Source: Atopobiaceae bacterium (GTDB taxonomy: Bacteria > Actinomycetota > Coriobacteriia > Coriobacteriales > Atopobiaceae). Taken from it: 64,000 bases of DNA. The stretch is from assembly GCA_040268355.1 (NCBI GenBank), contig JAWRIT010000020.1, positions 470 through 64,469 of the forward strand. Reading direction: 5' to 3'. Every line of letters starts with the position of its first letter. Positions within the stretch are counted from its first letter, which is position 1. The translations under genes were made by a program, and so were the position numbers. The notes beneath the pieces were generated by a model. The model was not told the origin of the DNA, made no database searches, and saw only the letters and a list, made by a program, of their open reading frames with translations. Below are positions 9,658 to 18,984 of this stretch, piece by piece.

Positions 9658-10290
9658 ATGGCATTCGACTTCAAGAAGGAATACAAGGAGTTCTACCTAC
9701 CGAAGCGCAAACCCTCCATCGTGGAGGTCCCGGCGATGAACTACGTCGCGGTCCGCGGACAGGGTGACCCCAACGCGGAGGATGGCGAGTACAAGGCCTC
9801 CATCGAGCTGCTCTACGGCATCGCCTACACCATCAAGATGAGCAGGAAGGGCGACCGCCGGATAGACGGCTACTTCGACTTCGTCGTGCCCCCGCTCGAG
9901 GGCTTCTGGTGGCAGGAGAGCGTGGAGGGCGTCGACTACGCGCGCAAGGAGGGCTTCAAGTTTGTCTCCGTGATTCGTCTGCCCGACTTCGTGTCGAGGG
10001 AGGACTTCGCCTGGGCCGTCGACGAGGCGACCCGGAAGAAGAGGCGGGACTTCTCGAAGGTGGAATTCTTGACGGTAGATGAGGGGCTGTGCGTCCAGTG
10101 TATGCACGTCGGCTCCTACGACGACGAACCTGCGACGGTCGCGCTCATGCACGAGTACCTGGAAGACCAGGGCTACGTCCTCGACATCACGGACGAGCGC
10201 CTGCATCACGAGATCTACCTCAACGATGCGAGGAAGGTCGCCCCGGAGAAGCTGAAGACCGTCATCCGCCATCCGATACGCAAAAGGTAG
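9658..10290 (+). CDS. GyrI-like small-molecule-binding domain protein
   Basis: Start moved to ATG 9658 (GAGGAGG upstream). MAFDFKKEYKEFYLPKRKP...VEVPAMNYVAVRGQGDPN...PPLEGFWW is the typical signature of this family. Confidence 0.85.
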   Translation: MAFDFKKEYKEFYLPKRKPSIVEVPAMNYVAVRGQGDPNAEDGEYKASIELLYGIAYTIKMSRKGDRRIDGYFDFVVPPLEGFWWQESVEGVDYARKEGFKFVSVIRLPDFVSREDFAWAVDEATRKKRRDFSKVEFLTVDEGLCVQCMHVGSYDDEPATVALMHEYLEDQGYVLDITDERLHHEIYLNDARKVAPEKLKTVIRHPIRKR

Positions 10291-10338
10291 GACCGCACAA
10301 TCTCGATCGCTCGTGACACGTCCTCAAGCACGCCCGAT

Positions 10339-10713
10339 CTACCCCGCGCCCTCATAGCCACCCACGACCCCAAGCCTCTGCAGGGTGGCGTGACCATGCG
10401 GAGAGCGGAGGAACCCCTCCGTCTGGTCACGTCCCGCCGTAAGCCCATGATGCTCGCCGTCCTCCCAGGTGTCCGTGACGTCGTACACGATGCCGTTCAC
10501 GGCCACGTAGGCGGGGCGCCCGTCCTTCCCGTCAAACTCGGCCAGGGTCTCTGGCGTGAATACGTTCTCCTCGACGATCGTCTGCTCCTCGGACGTCAGC
10601 TCGCGGGCAAGCTTCTCCTCGTCGCTCTCGGGGCTTCCCGAGAGGAGCGCAAGGCACCCAACAACGACTGCAACCACCACGACGATGCCAATGACCTTCA
10701 GCTTCCCGCCCAT
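10339..10713 (-). CDS. membrane-anchored cytochrome b5-like heme/steroid-binding domain protein
   Basis: N-terminal TM helix, then FTPETLAEFDGKDGRPAYVAVNGIVYDVT...HHG, the cyt-b5-like pattern. Confidence 0.8.
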   Translation of the reverse strand: MGGKLKVIGIVVVVAVVVGCLALLSGSPESDEEKLARELTSEEQTIVEENVFTPETLAEFDGKDGRPAYVAVNGIVYDVTDTWEDGEHHGLTAGRDQTEGFLRSPHGHATLQRLGVVGGYEGAG

Positions 10714-10715
10714 CG

Positions 10716-10958
10716 CTATGCCTCCCTTGTGCGGTGCAAGCCCTTGATGAACATGTCTTCATCAGCACAGGACACGAACCTTCCGTCGACGAGCCCGAAG
10801 GACAGGCCGACAAGCTCCGGGTGCCGCTGCCGGCACTTGCCTATGCAGCCCACCTTGACCCTGAATCCCTCTTGCTTGGCGCAGGCTTTGAGCCGCGCTA
10901 CGTCAACGCTCGAGCAGTGCCGACAGACCTTCACCGTCATCTTCTTCGCAGGCCACAT
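10716..10958 (-). CDS. small Cys-rich protein (DUF1450-like)
   Basis: 80 aa (CRHC...GCIGKC...). Start at ATG 10958 after GGAAGGGGGAG. A 2-nt gap separates it from the next gene. The upstream part of ORF 10716..11369 was rejected. Confidence 0.55.
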   Translation of the reverse strand: MWPAKKMTVKVCRHCSSVDVARLKACAKQEGFRVKVGCIGKCRQRHPELVGLSFGLVDGRFVSCADEDMFIKGLHRTREA

Positions 10959-10972
10959 GTCTCCCCCTTCCG

Positions 10973-11335
10973 CTAGTTCCAGAGCCTGGTTGTCAGCCAA
11001 ACCGTGAGGGCGACGAGGGGCACGAGGCCGATGAGCCCCACGACCGGATCCAGACTGGACAGGCTCCAGAGATAGATGCCTCCCGCGATCGCCGCCAGCC
11101 AGACACCCGCGACGCGGACGATGGGCGGCAGGCTCGCCACCAAGCACAGCCCAACGGCCAGCAGCACCGCGCCTCCCATCACGAAGGACATGAAGTTGGG
11201 GTCCGTCGGACTCGCCGGGAACAGCGTCGCTCCCCAGACCGCGACCAGGACTCCGACGATTACCAACGCGATTCCGAACACACCGAGATCGCCCAAGGCC
11301 TTCACTCCCCTTTTCTCGTCTTTCTGCCGGTCCAT
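10973..11335 (-). CDS. small integral membrane protein
   Basis: 120 aa with four hydrophobic helices. First gene of a three-gene string downstream of tetR. Confidence 0.6.
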   Translation of the reverse strand: MDRQKDEKRGVKALGDLGVFGIALVIVGVLVAVWGATLFPASPTDPNFMSFVMGGAVLLAVGLCLVASLPPIVRVAGVWLAAIAGGIYLWSLSSLDPVVGLIGLVPLVALTVWLTTRLWN

Positions 11336-11351
11336 CTCGTTCCATCCCTTC

Positions 11352-11379
11352 TGAATGAACTATTTCCAATATTCATTCA
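11352..11379. promoter_or_regulatory. TGAATGAA-N12-TTCATTCA palindrome, copy 1 (candidate TetR operator)
   Basis: Read directly, in the 86-nt gap between the tetR stop (11422) and the start of the membrane-protein operon (11335). Confidence 0.5.
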
Positions 11380-11421
11380 TTTCGTTGCCGCAGAAGAGGG
11401 CGCATTGCGCCCCACCTCCTG

Positions 11422-12042
11422 TCACTCTTGTTCGAACAGTCCCCTGACAAAGCAAGTGGCCAGGGTTTCCATCGCCTCAGCATAGCCGGGGAAGTCCCGC
11501 TCGCTCACGCGCATGTCCACGAAGTAGAGCAGCTCATAGGCCCGCATCGCGCGGTCGATCTTCTCCTTGGGAAAACCTGCCTCGGCCATCCTGCGCGCAA
11601 ACACTTCGACGAGGAACTGGTAGAAGGGATAGCCTCGCTGCCCCTCAGCCGACAGGAAGTGCGCGTGGAGCTTGTCGGCTATGGCCGGATTCTCCCACTC
11701 CGAGATGATCCTGTTGCTCGAGATGAGTCTGAAGGTGCAATCGAACAACTGCCCGACCACGACGACCGGCTCTGCCGACCAATCGACCTCGTCCATGATC
11801 CGCTGCCGCATGCGGTTGTTCTCCTCGATGAAGACGTCCAAGAAAACCTCGTCCTTCGAGGCATAGTAGTTGTAGAAGCTACCAACGGCGACGCCAGCCT
11901 TCCGGGCGATCTCGGCGATGCTCGCCGCCTTGTAGCCCTTGGATGTGAACACCTGCCGTGCGGCCAGCGCCAAAACCTGCTTCTTGTCCTGTTCCACCGG
12001 TCCCCCCGCGAAATGAATGAATTTGAACGATCGTTCATTCAT
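11422..12042 (-). CDS. TetR/AcrR family transcriptional regulator
   Basis: The N-terminal HTH FTSKGYKAASIAEIARKAGVAVGSFYNYYASKDEVF is canonical TetR_N. Confidence 0.9.
   Translation of the reverse strand: MNERSFKFIHFAGGPVEQDKKQVLALAARQVFTSKGYKAASIAEIARKAGVAVGSFYNYYASKDEVFLDVFIEENNRMRQRIMDEVDWSAEPVVVVGQLFDCTFRLISSNRIISEWENPAIADKLHAHFLSAEGQRGYPFYQFLVEVFARRMAEAGFPKEKIDRAMRAYELLYFVDMRVSERDFPGYAEAMETLATCFVRGLFEQE
12014..12041. promoter_or_regulatory. TGAATGAA-N12-TTCATTCA palindrome, copy 2, overlapping the tetR start codon
   Basis: Same 8-bp arms and same 12-nt spacing as copy 1. The spacer overlaps a second perfect palindrome, GAACGATCGTTC (12025-12036). Confidence 0.45.
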
Positions 12043-12278
12043 ACCCTATCACAGGCCGAAAGCGCACGTCAAGGCCTACTGCGCACCAACGGCGACGTGC
12101 GACGTGAGCCTGCTCGAGCCGGGGTCGAGGCCCGGAGGGATGGGCACATGACAACCCTTTAGTTTCAGTTGCCTTGCTGTCGCAGGGCACGAGGTATCGC
12201 CTGCCGGCATCGGCAAGATACTGCGTAAATATAGTGTATAATGAGAAAGAAAATTGCCGATAGGAAAGACATACGAAG

Positions 12279-13178
12279 ATGCAGGACTTCATTTCGGTGA
12301 AACAGGCCGCTGGCAAGTGGGGCGTATCGGAGCGGTCGGTGCGCAACTACTGTGCGCAAGGACGCGTACCCGGAGCCTTCATCTCCGGCAAGACCTGGAA
12401 TATCCCTGCCGACGCGGAGAAGCCAGGCAGGAGGACGGCGGCAAAACCCAGGCAGCGGAAGCTACTGCAGATATTGCGCGACGAGAAGGACGCGAGGATG
12501 CCTGGCGGCATCTACCACCGCCTGCAGATAGACCTCACCTATAACTCCAATCACATCGAGGGCAGCAGTCTCACGCGCGACCAGACGCGCCTCATATTCG
12601 AGACCCGGACCATCGGCCCGCAGGAGGGCGCGGTGAACGTCGACGATGTGATAGAGACGGTGAACCACTTCAACTGCATCGACTACGTTATCGACACGGC
12701 AGGCAGGCGGCTGACTCAGGCATATGTCAAACGGCTCCATCTCATGTTGAAGACCGGCACCAACGACGCCATGCGCGAATGGTTCACCGTAGGCGACTAC
12801 AAGCAGCTCCCCAACGAGGTCGGCGGCGTCATGACCGCCGAGCCTGAGGAAGTGGAGGGGGCAATGACCGATCTTTTGGACTGGTACGAGGCCCGGGAGC
12901 AAATCGGCATGAACGACATCCTGGAGTTCCACTGGCGCTTCGAGCGCATCCATCCCTTCCAGGACGGAAACGGACGCGTCGGCAGGCTCATCATGCTGAA
13001 GGAGTGCCTCAAGCACGACGTAGTGCCCTTCGTCATCACCGACGAGATCAAGGCATTCTACTACCGAGGCCTCGCGGAATACCGCCGTGAGCCGGGATAC
13101 CTCGAAGGCACGGCACTCAGCGCCCAAGACCGCTTCAAAAAGGTGTTGGACCAGTTCAGAATTCCGTACGAAGATTAG
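12279..13178 (+). CDS. Fic family protein with N-terminal HTH
   Basis: Active-site motif HPFQDGNGRVGR. The N-terminus (VKQAAGKWGVSERSVRNYCAQGRVPGA) is an excisionase/MerR-type HTH. SNHIEG fits the (S/T)xxxE(G/N) inhibitory-helix motif. Confidence 0.9.
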   Translation: MQDFISVKQAAGKWGVSERSVRNYCAQGRVPGAFISGKTWNIPADAEKPGRRTAAKPRQRKLLQILRDEKDARMPGGIYHRLQIDLTYNSNHIEGSSLTRDQTRLIFETRTIGPQEGAVNVDDVIETVNHFNCIDYVIDTAGRRLTQAYVKRLHLMLKTGTNDAMREWFTVGDYKQLPNEVGGVMTAEPEEVEGAMTDLLDWYEAREQIGMNDILEFHWRFERIHPFQDGNGRVGRLIMLKECLKHDVVPFVITDEIKAFYYRGLAEYRREPGYLEGTALSAQDRFKKVLDQFRIPYED

Positions 13179-13341
13179 TCGCGCCGTTGCATGGGACCGA
13201 CTGCCACCTAACCCTTCGGACCACAAGCGCCCAGCTCCCGAGTCTGAGCGGACCTCGCGGACCTCGCTCAGAGGTCGAGCGATTCGAAGGCCCTGATCGA
13301 GCTCCGGAGCGAGGCGAGCCCGCGCACCTCCAACGCGCGGC

Positions 13342-13797
13342 TCATCGCTCGCTCCCTTTGCCGCCGCGAAGCGTGCCGGCACCCATCGCGTCTGCCAGCC
13401 GCTGCATCCTCGTGAGGAAGTCGTCCGTCTTCATGAGCGCGATGCCCTGCTCGTCATCGCCCAAGCACAGCAGCTCGTCGCCCGGTTCGATGCCGAAGAC
13501 CTCGCGGGCCTTCTTGGGAATCACCATCTGACCGCGCTCGCCGACCTTCACCACGCCGAAGATGTGCCTGCCGCGCGGCGGCGGGGCCTCGCCCATGTCA
13601 GTGGGCTCATAGTTCGTCAAGTCATCGAGCGTCACGCCCAGCGCACGCGCCAGCGCGTCGCTGTTGGCCAAGTCGGGCACGCTCTCGCCGGACTCCCACT
13701 TTGCGACGGTCTGGCGCGACACGCCGACCTTCTCGGCAAGCTGCTCCTGCGTGAGGCCCTGCATCTTGCGCAGTGTTTGGACGTTATGACTGATCAC
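13342..13797 (-). CDS. XRE-family HTH regulator fused to an AbrB/SpoVT-type domain
   Basis: NVQTLRKMQGLTQEQLAEKVGVSRQTVAKWESG (XRE HTH), then VKVGERGQMVIPKKAREVFGIEPGDEL (SpoVT/AbrB swapped hairpin). I prefer the GTG start at 13797 (GGAGGAGGAAAGC upstream). The alternative is ATG 13821. Confidence 0.8.
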   Translation of the reverse strand: MISHNVQTLRKMQGLTQEQLAEKVGVSRQTVAKWESGESVPDLANSDALARALGVTLDDLTNYEPTDMGEAPPPRGRHIFGVVKVGERGQMVIPKKAREVFGIEPGDELLCLGDDEQGIALMKTDDFLTRMQRLADAMGAGTLRGGKGSER

Positions 13798-13817
13798 GCT
13801 TTCCTCCTCCGCGCTTG

Positions 13818-14921
13818 TCATACCTGCGATGCCGCGTCGTCGACGGCCGAGATGAAGAAGTCCGGATGCTCCACGTGGATGTCGTGGCCGGACTTGATGG
13901 TGCGCATCTCGCAATCCGGCACGGCCCTCCTCACGCGTTCCGCGTCCTCGTCAGTGTTCGCGGCGTAGAGGACGCCATCATCCCCGTAGTCCGTCTCTGC
14001 CTTGAGGTATATGGCAGGGCATTCGACGCCCGCCAGGATCTGCGCCTGGTCCGCACCGTCGAAGAAGGAGCCGGTGTAGAAACTATCGCCGAAAGCGGGA
14101 TCGAAGTCATCCATGAAGTGCAGGCCCCTCGTCCAGGCACGCGGGATCCAGGCGTTGACCACGTGCTCATCGGGGTGCGCGGCGCACCACTCCCGCGTGT
14201 CGCGTGCCAACTTGTCCTGCAGGTCGCCGAACAGCGAGAACAGGTAGCTGCGCTCGGCGTAGTACGCCGCATAGGGCATGGCCTCGCCGCTCGTGACGTA
14301 TTCGTGCGCAGGAATGTAACCGTCGTAGTAGGCGAACGCGCCGGCGCCCTCCGTGACCTCCTCGGGGAGCACGCTGAAGAACGGCGGGTCCTCCAGCACG
14401 CATGCGGCGACGTGGTCGGGGTCGTTCGCAGCGACGTAGGCAACGATGATGCCGCCCGAGGAGTGACCCGAGACGATGTAGCGGTCGCCGGTCACCTCGC
14501 GGGCGAAGCCGATGAGCGCGGTGCCCTGGGTCTCGAGCGTGTAGAGGTCCCGGTCATGGGAGGACTCCCCGTGCCCGAAGCAGTCGACGGCGAACACGTG
14601 GTAGCGCTTTGCGAGCTCTGGCAGGACGGAGGCGTAGTCCTCCCACTCCATGCCCTGGCCGTGGACGAGCAGCAGCGCAGGGCCATTGTCGGGACCCTCC
14701 GCGTAGTTGATGGTGGCACCGTCGACCTCGACCTGCCTCTCGACCATCCCGGCATCGAAGGCCTTGGCGATGGTCCTCTCCTCTCCGTGCAGGTTGTCGT
14801 CTCGATAGATCGTCAAGGCGATGCCCGCCGCGACGACGAGCGCCGAGACGACGATGAGTGCGACTCTTTTGCGGTTCCCCCGCCTACCCGATTGAGCAAT
14901 CTGACTAATCATGCAAATCAC
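13818..14921 (-). CDS. alpha/beta hydrolase with N-terminal membrane anchor
   Basis: LLLVHGQGMEWEDY (oxyanion region) and the nucleophile elbow VSGHSSGG. Confidence 0.85.
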   Translation of the reverse strand: MICMISQIAQSGRRGNRKRVALIVVSALVVAAGIALTIYRDDNLHGEERTIAKAFDAGMVERQVEVDGATINYAEGPDNGPALLLVHGQGMEWEDYASVLPELAKRYHVFAVDCFGHGESSHDRDLYTLETQGTALIGFAREVTGDRYIVSGHSSGGIIVAYVAANDPDHVAACVLEDPPFFSVLPEEVTEGAGAFAYYDGYIPAHEYVTSGEAMPYAAYYAERSYLFSLFGDLQDKLARDTREWCAAHPDEHVVNAWIPRAWTRGLHFMDDFDPAFGDSFYTGSFFDGADQAQILAGVECPAIYLKAETDYGDDGVLYAANTDEDAERVRRAVPDCEMRTIKSGHDIHVEHPDFFISAVDDAASQV

Positions 14922-15266
14922 CTTCCGTCAGATAGCTTCGCACGTGCCGAGCAGCCTGACCACCAACCGAAGGTGGAATTCATCGGCTTAGTCTGTCAAG
15001 GACGGTTGGCAAAGCGCCTTGCATGAGTTCGTTCTATGGCTGCTGCCCGTGACGGCTGCGGGGCAGCGGGGAGCAACCGGCAGCAGCAGCCAAGCGATGG
15101 CCAGCTGCTTGCAATCGACTTCGGAAAAGGCGGTGGGGCTCGCGTGAGTCCGGCGGTATCGTATGGGTTGATTTTGTCGTGCAAAGTCAACAGCAAATCC
15201 CTTGCTCGGCCAAGAACCCCCTCGTATCCTCGAATCGAAGCCAAGCGGTTGTCGAGGAGGATTCGC

Positions 15267-16376
15267 ATGCAGACCGACATCGCCATCTCCCAAAACATAG
15301 CACGGATGCGCAAGGAGCAGGGATTCACCCAAGAAGACCTCGCCACGTTCCTCGGCGTGACGAAGGCGTCGGTCTCGAAATGGGAATGCGGGCAGAGCTT
15401 CCCCGACATAGCGCTGCTCCCCAGAATCGCCACGTACTTTGGCGTGAGCATCGACGAGCTGATGGGCTACGCACCGCAGATGACCAAGGCCCAAGTGCGC
15501 GCCACGTACCTGAAGCTCCGAGACGTGTTTGCGAGCGAGCCCTTCGATGACGCCCACGACGCATGTCGCGAAATCGCGAAGAAGTACTGGTCCTGTCCGC
15601 CGCTGCTCGTGCAGCTGGCGGTCCTGTACCTCAACCATGCCGCCGAGGCTCCCACCGAGGCAAAGCGAGACGCATTCCTGAAGGAGGCCGAGGGGTACTG
15701 CCGAAGGACGATGGATTTGGACTCCGACTCGACCACCATCCGTCACGCGAACGCGCTCTTGGCCGCCCTCCTGCTCGCCCAGAACAGGCCCGAAGAGGCC
15801 GTAGAGCGGCTCGAAGGCGCACTGGATCCGGCCCTTGGGGAGCGGTCCCTGCTCGCGCAGGCCTACCTCGCCCAGGGGATGGCGGAAGAGGCCGAACGCT
15901 GCACGCAGGTGAGCATATTCGAGAGCCTCGTCGCCCTGATGAACGGCCTGCCGATGCTGGCAAGTCTGTGCGCATCCGACGCTGGGCGCCTGGAGGAGGC
16001 GTACGTTCGCACACTCGCCGTCATCGAAGCGTTCGAGTTCGAGGAGGCGTGGGCGAATTGCCCGGCGGTGTACGCCACCTTTGCGGCGACCTTCGCCGCG
16101 GGCGGCAATACGGAGCGCGCATACGAGTGCCTCGAGCACTACGTACGTGTCGTGGGAAAGATGCAGTTCCCACCGAGACTGCACGGGGACGAGTTCTTCG
16201 ACAAAGTGGACGATTACCTGGAAGATCTCGACCTGGGAGGCAACGCGTCGCGCAACGAAGAGCTGATCAAGAGGTCGGCGATCTCCGGCATCGAGCACAA
16301 CCCCGCGTTTGCGGGCATAGCCGACGAGCCGCGCTTTAGGCAGCTGGTCGCTGACCTACGTGGGAGGCTGCAATGA
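15267..16376 (+). CDS. XRE-family HTH regulator with helical-repeat C-terminal domain
   Basis: Start at ATG 15267 (GAGGAGGA upstream). IARMRKEQGFTQEDLATFLGVTKASVSKWECGQSFP, then a ~280-aa TPR-like helical region. Confidence 0.8.
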   Translation: MQTDIAISQNIARMRKEQGFTQEDLATFLGVTKASVSKWECGQSFPDIALLPRIATYFGVSIDELMGYAPQMTKAQVRATYLKLRDVFASEPFDDAHDACREIAKKYWSCPPLLVQLAVLYLNHAAEAPTEAKRDAFLKEAEGYCRRTMDLDSDSTTIRHANALLAALLLAQNRPEEAVERLEGALDPALGERSLLAQAYLAQGMAEEAERCTQVSIFESLVALMNGLPMLASLCASDAGRLEEAYVRTLAVIEAFEFEEAWANCPAVYATFAATFAAGGNTERAYECLEHYVRVVGKMQFPPRLHGDEFFDKVDDYLEDLDLGGNASRNEELIKRSAISGIEHNPAFAGIADEPRFRQLVADLRGRLQ

Positions 16377-17281
16377 ACACGCAGGCCGCCAGGAAGCGCG
16401 TGCTCGTCTTTTTGGCGATCACGTTCGGCATCAGTTGGACCTTGCTGATCGCCGGTGGCATCGCGACCGGCTCCTTCGAGGCGGGAGAATCCGCATCGCC
16501 CGTCATGCTCGGCATGCTCGTGCTCACGATGTTCACGCCGCTCGTTGGCGCGCTGCTGGCCAACGCCATCGTGGGGAAGGACGCTCGCATCGACCTCGCG
16601 CTTCGACCACGCATCAAGGGAAACGTCAAGCATTACCTACTCGCGTGGTTCGGCCCGGCCGTGGTGGTGGTCGCAGGGACCGCCGTGTTCTTCACCGCAT
16701 TCCCGAGCTGGTTCGACCCACGCGCCGGCTCGCTCGCCACGTCGCAGCTCGCAGCCGACGCCGGCCAGGTGACGGAGGGCAGGGCTCCCCTGGTCGCGGC
16801 GGCGACGGTGGCTTCCGCCGTGCTGGTGGCGCCGCTCATCAACATGGTCCCCGCATTCGGCGAGGAGGCCGGCTGGCGTGGCATGCTGTTCCCGTCGCTG
16901 TGCGAGCGCTTCTCCCCGCGAGATGCTGCGGTTGTCTCGGGGATCATCTGGGGAGTCTGGCATGCCCCCGCCATCTGCATGGGGCACAACTACGGAATGG
17001 CGTACCCGGGCTTCCCCGTGGCGGGCATCCTCGTGATGGTCCTGCTCTGCACGGCGTTTGGCGCTTGTCTCTGCCGGCTGAGGATGCGTTCGGAAAGTGT
17101 CTGGCCGTGCGCGCTCGCTCACGGCGCCTTCAACGCCGTGGCGAACATAGGCATCGTGCTCTGCGCCGTCGATCCGACCCCGCTCGGGCCGTCCCCGCTG
17201 GGTCTTGTCGCAGGCATACCGGTCATCTTCCTGGGGCTCTGGTGCTTGGTGCGCCTGAGGGATCTGCCAGCGCAGTCATAG
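16373..17281 (+). CDS. CPBP family intramembrane glutamic endopeptidase (CAAX/Abi-type)
   Basis: Motifs FGEEAGWRG and IIWGVWH in a polytopic membrane protein. ATGA overlap with the upstream XRE gene. Confidence 0.85.
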   Translation: MNTQAARKRVLVFLAITFGISWTLLIAGGIATGSFEAGESASPVMLGMLVLTMFTPLVGALLANAIVGKDARIDLALRPRIKGNVKHYLLAWFGPAVVVVAGTAVFFTAFPSWFDPRAGSLATSQLAADAGQVTEGRAPLVAAATVASAVLVAPLINMVPAFGEEAGWRGMLFPSLCERFSPRDAAVVSGIIWGVWHAPAICMGHNYGMAYPGFPVAGILVMVLLCTAFGACLCRLRMRSESVWPCALAHGAFNAVANIGIVLCAVDPTPLGPSPLGLVAGIPVIFLGLWCLVRLRDLPAQS

Positions 17282-17331
17282 CTGGCCTCAGACGTCCGAG
17301 ACCGCGGATCAGTCCGTCGAGGACGCCCCTA

Positions 17332-17573
17332 TCACCACAAAACGATCGAGGGTCCTGTCGTATACACTCCACATCCCGGTACCCCACCATTCTTTCCCGA
17401 ACTCGAATTGAGTACGAAGTCGGCGTCGGGATCGCTAAACACACGGCAGAGTAGCCTGTGGAAGTAGAACCCGGCAATCGCCCTGTTGGTGTCCAAGGCG
17501 ATTCCTTGGCGGCCTGCTTGACCGCCATCTCCAGCGCGGCAGGCGTCCTGTACCGCATGCTCACCACTTCCAA
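17332..17573 (-). pseudogene. AbiEii/AbiGii nucleotidyltransferase toxin, N-terminal fragment, frameshifted
   Basis: MRYRTPAALEMAVKQAAKESP in one frame continues in another as DTNRAIAGFYFHRLLCRVFSDPDADFVLNSS, then stops. The catalytic part is missing. Confidence 0.6.
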
Positions 17574-18028
17574 TCCAGCCCTGCGTCGGCCATGAGCCAG
17601 AAGAACGCATCAGCGGCCCTCTGCTCGCCCATCGCGTCGCGCAGAATGTCCTTGAACCTATCAACGTCGAAGCCCCGCGCCGCGGTTGCGGCATCGGCGA
17701 GGGCGCCGGCGATGAGCGATGGGTCCTCGTGGTCGAGGCGAAGGTCGGCCACCGTCCGCTCGGCCCGGGTGAAGGGGACCCCTCGAAGAAGGAGGTGTCG
17801 TTTCGCGAGACGCTACGAACTCCGAACCTGGCAACCGGGTTCCTCGTGTTGAAGTGTCGGGGGGGCAAGCAGCCTGTAGGGTGAGAGGTGGAAATCACCG
17901 AGGCCAAGGATGCTTGCGGCGGTGGTCCCTGCGACCGCGACTCCGTCCCATGCGGCAGGAAGGATCCTCTCGTGCGAGAGCTTCTCGGGCGCGGTGAGCT
18001 TCCATGAGCCACTACGTCGCAATTGCAC
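17561..18028 (-). pseudogene. AbiEi-type antitoxin, broken by at least two frameshifts
   Basis: Pieces occur in three frames: ILPAAWDGVAVAGTTAASILGLGDF, then VRSVSRNDTSFFEG, then RTVADLRLDHEDPSLIAGALADAA... Confidence 0.55.
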
Positions 18029-18036
18029 AGACGGTA

Positions 18037-18984
18037 TCAGTGAAGGTCGAGTCGCAGGTCGACGAGGACGCGGGACAGGTCACCCTGCACGACAAAGGAG
18101 CGGTTGCCGAGCTGCGCGGGAGCTGATCCCTTCGCCAGATTCACCACGCCTAGGCGGGTATTCTCGTGTGCCTGAGCCATGCGCCAGAACGGCAGCGTGA
18201 TCACTGCGGGCGTCATATCGCCCACACCCAGGCTCAGGAGCAGCACACGCTTGCCCGACGCCAAGCGCTCACGCACGAAGTCCTGGTAACGACCTAACTC
18301 CCCTTGCCAGGCTTCGCCCTGCAGGAAGGTGTCATCGCGAATCCAAGGCATCATCTGCCAGCCACATTCGGGACAGCGCGGCACCAGATCGCTCGGAACG
18401 CGCTGGTCACCGTCTGTTGCGGCAACCATAGCATTCACCAGCTCCTGGCTGGGGTAGAGATGGTCGTGGCAAGGCTGACTGCACTGGAAGTAGCCCGCAT
18501 CGCCCTGGAAGCGCGCCACGCGCTCCATGGGGAAGCCAGCGCGCTCGAACTGTCCGTCCACGTTGGTGGTGATGATGAAGTAGTCCTTCTCCTCCAGCAC
18601 GGCAAGCAGGTCCCGATAGGCCTGGCCTGCGGGTGCCTGCTGCATAAACTGCAGGTAGCGCGCGTAATAGGCCCACTGCGACTCAAGCGAGGGATACAGG
18701 TAGTAGTAACCCTCCCCCATCGAACGAAAGCCGTACTTCTTCTTGAAGGCGGCGAACTCGAGATCGAAGACAGGTACGTCGTGGTAGTGGTTGTTGCCGT
18801 CAGCGCTCGAGAGGCCTGAACCCGCACCCACCACGACGGCGTCGGCCTCTGCGATCTCCTGAGCGAGGCGCTGCACCTGCGAGCGGTACGCTTCGCTGCC
18901 CGTTGTCTCTCGACCCCGTGCCGCTTCTTCGGCATTGGGCTGGAAGAAGCAGAAGCTCTCGGGACGTCCCCCTGCCTTACCCAT
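18037..18984 (-). CDS. SIR2-like protein, paralogue 1
   Basis: GAGSGLS (NAD-binding Gly-rich), TTNVDG, and a zinc ribbon CSQPC...CPECG. The position of the catalytic His of sirtuins reads FQGD. Start at ATG 18984 (GAAGGAG upstream), overlapping the tetR stop by 8 nt. Confidence 0.75.
   Translation of the reverse strand: MGKAGGRPESFCFFQPNAEEAARGRETTGSEAYRSQVQRLAQEIAEADAVVVGAGSGLSSADGNNHYHDVPVFDLEFAAFKKKYGFRSMGEGYYYLYPSLESQWAYYARYLQFMQQAPAGQAYRDLLAVLEEKDYFIITTNVDGQFERAGFPMERVARFQGDAGYFQCSQPCHDHLYPSQELVNAMVAATDGDQRVPSDLVPRCPECGWQMMPWIRDDTFLQGEAWQGELGRYQDFVRERLASGKRVLLLSLGVGDMTPAVITLPFWRMAQAHENTRLGVVNLAKGSAPAQLGNRSFVVQGDLSRVLVDLRLDLH

Noticed and set aside
13815-16298. Long antisense ORFs 13815..15026 (+) and 14988..16298 (-)
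   Set aside because: They lie opposite the alpha/beta hydrolase and the XRE regulator respectively, and both translations are low-complexity. Similar shadow ORFs at 6273..7586, 21064..21843, 23064..24476, 26807..27967, 53142..53882 and 54398..55540 were rejected for the same reason.
15267-17281. XRE regulator + CPBP protease pair as a novel immunity system
   Set aside because: This pairing is common next to bacteriocin-immunity or Abi-like CPBP genes. Nothing in the sequence distinguishes it from the ordinary case.
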